This document shows positions 12,601-24,600 of a stretch of DNA of 64,000 nt, one piece after another (positions within the stretch are counted from its first letter, which is position 1; each line of letters starts with the position of its first letter). The notes beneath the pieces are model-generated. The model saw nothing but the letters and a program-made list of their open reading frames with translations. It made no database searches and was not told where the DNA came from. The DNA is from Ascidiella aspersa (Eukaryota), in the NCBI GenBank assembly GCA_963924565.1, contig OZ004609.1:32984001-33048000 (forward strand), in the 5' to 3' direction. Both the position numbers and the translations under genes were made by a program.

Positions 12601-15600
12601 ATCTCCTTGGCCCGTGAGGTAGTTTTGGTCTGTGACAATAGTCAGTATCTAGTTAGTGGTTCGAGTCTGATGTTTACCGCCCAACATTAATTACTTTTTT
12701 CACAAAATTCGGCCTCATTAATCTTCCTTACTTGAAAACTCCTTCTACTCGTTTTTTTCCCAGGGATTTCGGTTACGCGAATTTGAAGAATCGCTGAGAA
12801 TCGAAATAAGGTGGGCGTATTGTTTACCCAATTAAACAGTGGCAGTTTACCTGTTGTACATTGGTTCCCTAATCTGTGCCAGCCAGCTCTTAGGTCCGTG
12901 AAGTAGTTTTGACAGGTCTGCGACAAAAATGTACAAAACTTTAACCCGAAATATAAAAATAAATTTTTCAGCACTATATACGGATCTGTTCATCAGTTTA
13001 ATGGTGAAAATAACGGCCCATATAGACGTAAAAAGCGACATGCTTTATTGTTCAAACGTAACTGATGATGGCATGAGCATTTGACGAAAGGTTTGAACAA
13101 TAATGTCGCTCTATTTGGGCCGTTATTTTACCATTAATTTTTTTTTTTTTTAAGTTTTAAAACCCCTGGTCTAGTGATTTTAGGGTTCTGTTTTCTTTGT
13201 GCATGTCAATAATACTACCTGGTTAATGTCCCTACTTGCACAATCTAACGTATCTACCGTGCACCTGAAATTTTGTGATTGGTTGTGAGCGGTTTGCAAA
13301 ATGCGACACTGCACAATAATATGGGTAGCAATAACGAAGCCTTGTCTTGGCTCATTCTGATTATATAGTTAGCTCAAATCTTGTTAAAGTTATACACAAC
13401 TAATTGGTGGTAAAATACTTATTTATTATTAGTTTGAATTTCTGTTTATTAAAACAGTACATGATTTTTTTAATTTTTAAACGATTAGGTAAAGAGGGTT
13501 GTAATTCGTCATTTGACTGCATTACAATTGGAACATTTTTATTTATTTTTTTTACGTGCATTTTAAAATTATATTTTGAGTTGAATAATAGTGTAATATT
13601 AGCATGAAAACGAACGAAGAATAAAGTAAAATGCAAATTTCAGTAAATAAGCTTCATTGCCTCTTAATTAGGATGAAGTAATAAAAGAAATAAGTGGTGA
13701 TTCACTAGCTGAGATGTTGGACTCCGACGTCATTGCACAAGATGCGCCAAACCTTAAGAAAATGCTCGATCGATTTGATGATACCCAACTAGAAGAATCG
13801 ATGGCTGTTATTTCACAGAAGACGGTAAACATTGCCGTACAAAGTTCTTTGCGTGTGCTATTTTCCAACCTAGTTAATTTACCTGGCCTTCTTTGACAAA
13901 TTTTTTATGAAAATAAATGCTTCCCGCCGTCGTGGTTGTTTAATGAATTTTTTAAACCCAAAAGTAAAAAAAAAATATTGAAGATGTTATTTTAATTTTT
14001 TTGCCTGAAACGGAATAAGTTTTTCAAAGTTATTTTTTTTATGTTATCACTATCAAACATTACGAGTCACGTATTAAAATTTTTTGAAGCCCTTACGTAA
14101 GCCATACAATCATAAATTGAAAAGTGTAAAAAATAGAAGTTTTCTTTGAAAAAGTAACTAACCGTTTTTGTTCAGTTTTCCTAAAATTGCCTTACTAGTC
14201 ACACGCACTATAATAACTTTAGTAGTGTCCTTTACATTCAGAAAAAAGAGACTGCCACAATGGCGAAACCGGCCTTTGCAGTCCAGGAGTCTATTGCGGA
14301 AGAGTTTATGCAACGAAATATTAAACGGGCACCTAGCAAGAACGACCAAGTCTCTTTCCTCGATAAGTTTGTCGATGTAATGTGTCCCTTCGTATCCGGG
14401 ATGTCGCCCGCACTTATCACGAGGCTTCCTATGGATCCAGACGATTCTGGAAAAATGTAAGCCGTCTATCTCGTTGTCGTTGCTTTACTTTCCCTAAAGC
14501 GTGACAAAACGAGAAAAATAACCAATAAAAGGGCGTATCTTTATGGAATTTAAAACCATTGGCAGTAGGTTTCTGCTTGTCGATCACTGTTCCGCTAACG
14601 CGTTTATTAACAATAAAACTCAAAGTTTAAAAAACAGAGTAAAACCAGGATCAGACAGTTTTTAAAGCAATACATATTTCGCCTATATTGGCGTTGTCAG
14701 TTCCTTAATTCGAATAAGTACGACGTAAGTTCAGTCTCTAGAAAAGGCATGCTGTGGTTACTAATGTTTTTGTTTTTAAAAGAATTGACTTTAGTCAATT
14801 TGACAAATTTCTTAAAATTCAAGTGTTAAAAAATTGGGGTATTTACTTTCGCCTTTGGCGTAAAACAGTTTGCTTGCTATTTATTTTGCTTTGGGGTTTG
14901 CTACGTGAAATATTGTTAGAGATTGTGCGAGTTTTTCAGATAGTTTTTATTAAAATCGTTGAATTTTGATGCGAAAGTGAATGAGAACTGACTTCCAATT
15001 TTACGGACTTCCCTTGGTTTAGTAAAGACTTCGACTTGAATATTTATTGCAAATAACTTGTCTGGAACTTGACTTGTTTACATAACTGACAACAACGGGC
15101 GTTAGTTGTTATCTTTGAAAGAGTCTAATAAGTGTCGACACAAGATTTTTTAAATGTGATTGGTAGAGAACATACGACACTTATTTGAAGTTAAACATCC
15201 GTTGCCATTTTGAAGAGAGTGTCTGTTTGTTATGAAAGTCATTTACTAAACTTTTCGTGTTTCCATCTGTAGAACGGATTGCTTCGCCGAGTCCTACAGA
15301 GACCTAGACAAGGCTCAGAGAACCATTTTTGCCAAATACTTGATGAAAAGCGACCAAAGCAGAAACCAGAAGATCAACCCTTTCGCCTACGGGCCGTTTG
15401 TCCTCGATGTCTCCAGCAAATTTTTAGAACGCAAGCTCTCACTCTCTGAGGTAGAAACCACTGTTTACGACCTACTTTTTTAAATATTTGTATTTCTGAA
15501 AAAATAAAAAGACTTAAGTCAACTGTGGTGCAATTGATGTTTTTTAGGTGGTTTCAAGAGCAAAAAAATATAATTTTTAAGTAAAAGTTTAATTTAATAC

Positions 15601-18600
15601 ATCCAACAATTAAATATATAATTTTCCTAATACATTTTGGTAAAAGCAAATTAAAATATTACATATTACGTAAAACATTTACCTTAAAATTAAGCATTTA
15701 GAAATGGCCAAAAATATACTGACAGCTACAAAAGGTTGTATGTTTGTTTCAATTAACTAACTTTTTTTATAGTTGTTCTAATTTAACTAATTCACAGCTG
15801 AATGAGATATTGGAAAGTGGTTTTGCCGATTTGGATCGCACCAATGCCAATTTTAAAACATTTGCCAGATCTGTCATTACTGCGATTGTTCAACACAACA
15901 TTTCTTTTCTGTACGAAGAAGAAAATCTAAAAAAGTGAGTGAAAGAACATGGGGATGAGTGAAAATATATTAATATTTTTGAAAGAACATGGGGATGAAG
16001 TTAAAATATATTAATATTTTGAGTAATGAGCAACTAAAAAAATCTTTAAAAACCTAATCATTCTTACAGCTAAACATCCCTTCAACTCATCTAAAATCAA
16101 TTTCCGCTGTTAAGACATGGACATGTAAAACAACTATATACATAACATTAAACCAACTGTTACATTATATAGTGTTGTAAGCAAGGGAGTTTTAAAACCC
16201 AAACGTTTATTTTCGCTCAACTATTTACCGTTTTAAACGAACCTAAATAACAATACATTAAAGCCAAAGCCTTAATCAGTCGTATATAGAATTGATTTTA
16301 TTACAAGCTGTGTTTAATTTCTCCCTTTCTCTACAGGCTGGGTGTTGTTTTATGCGAGTACAGCTTTGATCAGCTGAGAAAGCAGATAAACTCTTCTTTC
16401 GACATACTGGTGGCCAAGGCCTACGTTAAAATGTGCGGGATTGGAGAAATAAGTTCTGAAATGCAGGAGGTGCATAGTTTTCAGTTGATAAATTTAACTT
16501 TTGATTTATTTAAATGATGTCAGCTAATAAGGAAACTAATAAATAGGTGTATATTGCTATGTAGGGAAAATCTAGGAAAAAAAAACTGTCTGATGTTTGT
16601 TTCACCCGGGTTTTTTAACTTTGATTTTTATTGCTATGATAAACTTTTTACTTTTTACTTTTTATCTAATTCAGTGATTGTAAAAATGGATCGCGTGCCA
16701 AACGACCGGGCCTGGTAAAATGTTGGTGGTACATGGAAGTTTTTGTTACGCCCGATCTATATGACATCTATTGTTAGTTTCTGCTTCCGACATTTTAAAA
16801 AAAGTGGGTCCCGTCAGAAAAAAAATTGAATCACTTGTCTAATTGGTAGAAACATGCATAAAATTGACAACCACAAACGGAGTTAAGTGTGTTGTTGTCG
16901 ATTTACATGTTTTACATTTCTTAGAAGATTAAGTACTGTGCAAATTTTCCAACGGATTCGCTTTCGTTCAGTGCACTCCGATTGAGAAGCGGCGTTTAAA
17001 ACGATGCAAAGAGCAGTACACGCAACATCTGACGACCACTAAGCCCAAGAAGAAGAAAGAGAAGGTCAACGTGGCACAGTTTAAGGTGCGGGTTTCTACG
17101 GAACAAGTAGTAATAATTAAACAATTAAAAATGCTATCGGTACCGGGTATCGGTAAAACGAAGGTACTATTACGAAGTAAACCTACTAGAATATACAAGG
17201 AGGGCGATTTCAAATCCTAAGCATAAAATCCAAAGTGCCAGAATCCTAAGCTTTGTGGGTACACGTCTGAAATAGTGTAAATCAAGTGAACACGTTGGTA
17301 TTTATGGTATTTCCCTTGTTTTGTATAATGCTTTACACTTCTTGAGGTCTACCAATTTAAAGTCAAATTGGTCAAAACATGCTGTAGGTTGCTCAAGAGC
17401 AGACAATTAAATATTAGGAAATTTCTAGAAACCAATGTATTGTGTGCACTCATCTAACATACGGTTATTTATCTTATATTTTACACTTAATGAAATCACC
17501 TCAAATTATTAAGCTACGTCATTACTGCAAGGCACAAAATCTTATTGAGGGGTTTCGAAAAAGTATAAAAAACGCGTATATGCGGCTGGAAAAAAGGCCT
17601 AATATACAATCTCTTTTTATTTTGTCAGTTTTTCATTTAGCCCATTGGTAAATTGTCGTACATGCCTTATGACAAAAGCCTTGCATGAGGCTATAACTAA
17701 CATTCCTTCCAACGCTATAAACACCCAATAATAAAAAGGTCGTACTGCGGTGGAAATGTTAACATCATATATTTCACGCAGATGATGCGGACCGCGGCCA
17801 AGACGCTCCTCAAAGAAAAGAACCTGACGCAGCTTTCAACCGCCGATGTTGAGGACGTGGCGTCTGCACTTGGAGGCCTTAAACCGAGGGAAATCGAAGA
17901 AATACCCGATTCGGCTATTCTCAGCGCCATGTCCACCATAAAAACAAACAAAAATTTGAGCGGAAAACAGGTAAATAATGTTTGTTTTGCATAGTTTTTA
18001 TTTTATTATACCGTTTTAAGCATCTCATAAAAATATATTCAAAAAGAAACGAAACTACCTCATTCTTGACAGTTTTTACGAAGTTCAGTAGAACAAACTT
18101 CAAAAATCCTATTATGCTGAAACTTCTCTTCATTTTTTTTAATTATACAGGGTTTCAACATGACCCCAAAACTGAAAACGTTTACAGAAAATTTGGCAAA
18201 AGGTTTTTTGAAAAATTAAATTTGAAAATTAAATATATTATACAAACTTATTTTTCTAAACTAAATTGCGAGCTGGTATTTGGCCAAGACACGTATGGTA
18301 AATTTGATCTCATTTCAAATTTTCATGTGTCACACAGTTAAGTTAAACTGTTTTTTTTAATGAACTTTAGAGTAGAAGTCCATTTTTGTGCTTTTATAGA
18401 AACGGTTGATGCTAAAAAAGGCGCGGTCTGCTGGCTTGGAGATCACGAACCAGACGAAACTGGCCGATATTGGCGAACTGGTGACGGCTGTGGGCGCCAA
18501 GGAATTAAGACAAATCCCAGCGAGAGAAATGCTGAGCAACATCAAAATGATGACCGACAAGGCGGACAGCTTTACCGGGCCACAACGAAAATCCATAATT

Positions 18601-21600
18601 CGAACGGTATGACTAAATGGGTTGCAGCATTTCCCTGGTAAATTATTGTATAATATTTTTTTGTGGAGGCTAGTTTGTTAAACGTTTTAAGAATATTGAA
18701 GTGACGTAGTTTAGCCTCGTTCTAATAAAACTTTAACAAAAAAATAAATAACATGCTTATGTATTTTCGAAAGGTATAACTGTGACTAAAATATAACTTT
18801 TATGATTATAATAAAGCTTTTTAGAAGGCTGGAATTACTTAACTATAATTTATAATTGTTTTGTTTAAGCTAGTTTGCTTAAAGATAACCTTCTTTACAA
18901 CTAGTATAAAACGTATTTTTTATAATGTTATTTAAAATGGGATCTAATTCTAAATGATGTTGGAACACACGCATTCGTGAAATTGTTGATTGTTTGCTTG
19001 TAACGTTTTTGCTTGAAAAATATTCTATGTTAATAATAACCCTTCACAACTACTATAACACGTATTTTTTACAAAACTATTTAAAATAGTGTCTAAGTAA
19101 GGTTCGAACACACGCGTTTGGGAAATTGTTAATGGATTGCTTGCAGCGTTTTTCCATGTAAATTATTCTATATTAATTTTGTCCAGTATAGTTTGTAAAG
19201 CGTTTTTAAAAAATAAGGGTAGTTTGGAACACTATATACGGATCTGTTCATAAGTTTAATGGTGAAAATAACGGCCCAAATAGAGGTAGTTTGTTTTAGG
19301 AAATATCCGAAAAGGTGCCTCGTTCGAAAAAAAACTTTTTAATTTCCCTTTAAACGAAAAAACCTTTGTTTTAAATTTATTATCCTGCATATAATTAAAC
19401 ATTGACTCAATTTGGTATACTATGTATATAATGTTTAGGACAGCGGTTCTCAACCAGTGGGCCATGGCACTGGTGCAATGGCCCACTGGTGGGCCATAAT
19501 AACGTTTGAGGTGGGCCACAGACCAATTTAAAAAACCTAGATTTAGTTTCATTTGTGTCATTATATTTAAATTTACAGGAATAGTGGCTTGGGGAGGAAT
19601 TAAAAAAGAATGTAACTTTATTGTTCAGCCGCAAGTATCTCACCAATGCACGGTTGAATAAATAATCTGTTTACAAATATGTTCTGCTGTGTTTTGTTCC
19701 AAACCTTTTTTACAGTTTTTATTTTTTATTGGGCCACAGAATTTTTTTTGCAACGTAAATGGGCCACGAAAGAAAAAAGGTTAAGAACCACTGACTTGGG
19801 ACTTCCATAACAATGCATTCACGTTTTTTTTTGTACCGTGGTGATTCAAAACTTAAGTTGCTAATTTAGTCATATTTTCTCAGCTGCAAGAGTTGAGCGT
19901 TAGCGAGATGATGGAGAAAGATCTCGGTGCCTTCGCCGCCGAAATTCCGCTCAAGAAAATAAAGGAACTTAAAACGGTCAACTTGACAATGGTTAAAGAT
20001 AAAACCTGGAATCGAGGACAGGTATGACTGATATATTCGATTTTGCTACTGACAAATTAGGTATAAGGAGTGTGGCTATAAAACACAATAATCGACGTTT
20101 ACAGCTAGGAGCAATGCAAAAATGCTAAAACTAAAATCTTTTTTATCAATTTTAAAAGCATATATTTGAATCAATGGATATATTAGGGTTTGTAACGTAT
20201 AAAATTAATAAATAATTAGATGTTGTTACAACATGAAGATTTAATTATTTTAAATGTATTTTATGTTAACTTAAATAAAACAAATAATCGTTGTTTAAAC
20301 AATATTAAATTATCGACTATATTTTAATAGTTTGCTTTATGTTATGCTAGGCTGCAAGGCTTATTGAAATTGCAAATGTCACCAATGACTACGACCTCGA
20401 TGCTGTTAAAGTCAGGTAATTTAACCTTTTGTTTTGGTAATGCCATTGACAGATTATTGGATGATGCTTCAGCAATAAAGAACGAGCAATGCAAAACTAA
20501 AAGTATACCATTTTTTCGCTTATTGTCCTGAATGAAATTTTGTTGTAAAAAACAGTTTGCCGTTATTTGCAAAAAACAAAAAACGTTAGCCATTTTTAAT
20601 AAAAACAGACAGGTAAGGTTTTTTTTATAAATTTTCGATCCAATTCCTTCTAAACGAGTTTGCGGAGGGTAAATGAAGGGTTGTGTTTTTGTTGGGTTTC
20701 TATTTTATTGTTAGTGAAGTGCTAATTTCATTTTTTTGATACAAATCAATCTTCACTTCGCTTTTTAGGGAGCTTGGCACGACGGTGGTTGGTTTGAAAT
20801 GTAGGCACATCATGAACGTTCGATACGATGAAATCTTACCAGTGACCGTGGCGCTGGACGATTCAACCGAAATGTCGTTCGATATGGTAAAAATTAATAA
20901 ACTTTCAAAACATCAGTTGTTGAGGTAAATTGAAAAGGTTGATTATTCAGACACATTAGTTTTTCTTTCGACGTAATTCAAAAGTGAAATAAAAAAAGGT
21001 TGAATACAAAAGCTACTACTTTTAGATGTGGGTTTATCCAATGATTTACACAAATACCCCTATTAGCTTGACGTCTAATGAAGATGAATTTAAGTTGTAA
21101 TAAAAATAAATGTGCTGTTGCTTCCAGATATAGAAACGTCGCATAAAACAAATAAGTACCGGAAGAACTTATTTTCAGTGTAATTATGTAATAAATTGCT
21201 TCAAAATGCGGAAGAAGAAAGTAGTGCCTTATAGAAAAAGTCTAGATGTGTTTCACCGGGTTTCATCAGCAATGCCTTTACTAAAAAGTATCTGTTGACT
21301 TAAATTAGAATGTGCTGTGGAAAGAATTGTATTAGATTTGTTGTCAGATAAATTTTCACGCAGGACGAATGCATTGCGGAAAAGCTTCACTTTTCGAAGG
21401 AAGTCGAACTGGGAATCGATTACCTCAAAAACTCAAGCAACCCCGATCTTCCCGGCATGCTGGGAAGCATACCAAGTGACGTGGCGCTCTTTTTCAAGTA
21501 AGATTTATATGAGTACACAATGCACATTGCACAATTCACAATTGCACATGCAATAGTTTAGCACCAAAAAAAAAAAATATATAATCTAAAAAATCTTAGC

Positions 21601-24600
21601 TTGATTATCTTCAGTAGAAAGAGAGTGGCCCAAATAATAGATAAAAGATTCATTCTTTTATTAGCAAACGTTTCGGCAATTTCTTTTGCCATCATCAGTG
21701 CTCGGCACGAGACCGCTACCGCCTCCTTCTGTTGGAGTCGCTGCTTATACAGCAGCACAAGCCCGCTCTCAATGTTGACACGGTCTCAGTCCCCCTGTAT
21801 TTGTTTAATACTTAAATGGTATATTCGCGCAATTCCATCGTCGTGTTCATATTTCATTTTTAATTTATTACTAATTCCCTCTTACGTGTATCTGTTGCTT
21901 CCCATTGACCTCATTGTCTTATCTTTGCCCTACTTTCGCCTTACTGATGTAATTTTTCGTTGCAGTTCTTATCTCCGTTACTTTGCGACTTCCTTTTCTG
22001 TTTATATAACGTTCTAAAACGTCCGAGCGTATATATAGTGACTCGTTTTTATCTTAGCCTCACTTACTGCACTGATGATGGCAAAAGAAATTGCCGAAAC
22101 GTTTGCTAATAAAAGAATGAATCTTTTATCTATTATTTGGGCCACTCTCTTTCTACTGAAGATAATCAACAGATCCGTGTTTAGTGTTTCTTAGCTTGAA
22201 ATGTTGTATTTTGGGAATGACACACATAAATTTAAATTCAAAATATGTTTTTTTTCCTTTTTTTTCTTTTACCGGTGGGTAGAACTTACTGGCGCCAAAT
22301 GCCGAATAAACTGGTCCCACGACCCACACGTATGCCAATTATACACAAATAGCAGTGATGAATTATAAAAATCCCTAAGACTAAAGTATCATAAACCTTT
22401 CGACCTATTGTTGTGAACTAGTGGTTCTCAACCTGGGGCATCCAAAACCCAGACGTTAACAAGAAGCTTTCGGGGTATCTTGGATTGCAGTGCAGTACAC
22501 GCGTGTTGCTAATGTTTCAATATCATAACTGCAGGAGAAAGACTTGGCAATTAGGTTTCACAGTTTCTATTTACTTAGAGTTACCACTTTCTACAGCAAG
22601 GAAGGCCAACCAGTCAGAGACCCAGAGCTACATTTCTTACTAAGTTAACCACAATGAGCTAAATGGATTTACATTGAAGTAGTTGCCAAAACACGAGTCG
22701 CATAAAAACTGGTTGAAGAGCCACGGTTTGGCCACCAATGTAGTGTTAAATTCCGTGGGATTCTGGTTAATTTTATATTTTGAAACTCAATGGTGCCACA
22801 AATATAGTTTTAGAACCTCTATTTTTTGTATTTTTACGTTATCCAGGCCTCAGCTGCTTAACTTTACTTCATCGCACGCTTGCGGTAGGCTGGTGGAGAA
22901 AATCGGTCAAGCCAATCTCGATTACTTGCCCGACATTGGTGGCGTATCAAGGAGGAAAGAGTTGGCTCTGGTCTCTGTCGAGTGCCTGGTATGCCTGAAA
23001 CTGACGGCTTTACAGACCTATTAACTATAGTTGTTAGTTTTTTACCAAGTAAGTTATGTTTTGACGACCAAGTGAAATATGTACGCCTTTCTGGTGAGAT
23101 TCCCTTTTGGCTTAACTTTAGTGTCTGTATAATTTTTATCGTTTACACGTCACACCTGACTTACACTTTCTAAACTTGAAATCTCGTGTTTTAAACAATA
23201 CTGAAACTCGATCTACAGCACCGACTCTTTTTCTTTTATGGATCATTTTCAAATTATTATACGCTACAGCAAATCACACGCTTGTTCTTTCAGATGCGCT
23301 CGGAAAACCGCACAGGCGGTGACGGTTTGTCTGAGGAGGAAGTCTTTAAGTTGGGCGACATGTTGTGCGACATTCCGCCCGATCAAATCGCTAAAATACA
23401 GGACAACGCAACCGAAAGTGCCTTGGAAAAACTAAAGTCCTGCATTCCAAGGTTTGGAAAGTAGCAAGCCGAACGCCGCTTGATTGACGAAGTAACACAA
23501 AATCTATTTTGTAAATTGTTATTGTTATATTGATTGAGAGAATCTACACTACGAAACTTAAATAATAATTTTATATGTATGACTTGGACTGCTCTACTAC
23601 TGTAGACTAACTGGACATTTTAAAACGGAGCTTGTTTTCTTGGCACCTTTTTAAAAGCAATGTTCTGGTTGTCAATACAATTTTAATACACAACAATTAT
23701 AACCGAACTATTTGTATTTGCTCTAAGCCAGGGGTGTCCAATTCAACCATGCCGGCGTGCCAATTTTTATCTTATAACTTCTTCCCAAGTTTCGTAACCG
23801 AACCAATTCTTTTTAATCATAAAAGCGCTTTTTTACCAAAAATAAGAACGTTTATTTAAACTTGAAAAAAAAAATTGTCTAGTAGAAATGCGCATCACTA
23901 CATGAAAGTGTCTCTCGGTGAGCTTTTGTTTGTTCACACCATGCTATATAATATTATGTGAATGCTAGCCTCCACTACTATATCAAAAATAATTGTTGGT
24001 TGTCGTGATTGCCGCGATTGTTTTATATTGTGAACAAACAATGGCAATTGGCTGTATAACAAACTTAGTATTTTCTGACAATTGGCTGAATAACAAATTA
24101 AGCTTTTTTGACAATTGGCTGAATAACAATTTTAGTATTTTTTGGGAGGGCTTGCGTGCCATTTTTTTATTAGGTCGTGCCGCTTGTTGGACACCCCTGC
24201 TCTAAGCTATTTTCAATATGCTAATATCCAAAGTCAAACCGATAAAGTAGTTATCAGCATTAATTTGCCAAGATGTTTCAGCGCTAACCTTCCTCATAAA
24301 CTCAGTTGTTTTGTACGACGAAAGAAAAGTTCCCGGCAATGTCATTAAGCACATACCGATTTATATTGTTGTTATATTGTAATATTGTTTCGCTTAAATC
24401 GAAATCTTTGCAGATTCTCACGCGAGTATGTGAAGCCGGTGGTGGACATGGTTCACAAGCAGCTTGGATCAGATGCTTCCGCTTGGACTGTGGAGGCTCT
24501 CGCTAAAGTTGGACCCATCGTCGCACTTCTCGTTGATGATGAAATCGCAAAGATCGACAATGTAAGTTCTACATTAGGTATTGTTTGTCTTCTTTTACAA

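Noticed and set aside
15941-16022. ~41-bp tandem duplication beside a splice donor
   Set aside because: Simple local duplication; the donor itself is not duplicated.
21601-22017. 138-aa ORF on the + strand
   Set aside because: It lies in the foldback element, has low-complexity hydrophobic composition and no recognisable motif; a chance ORF.
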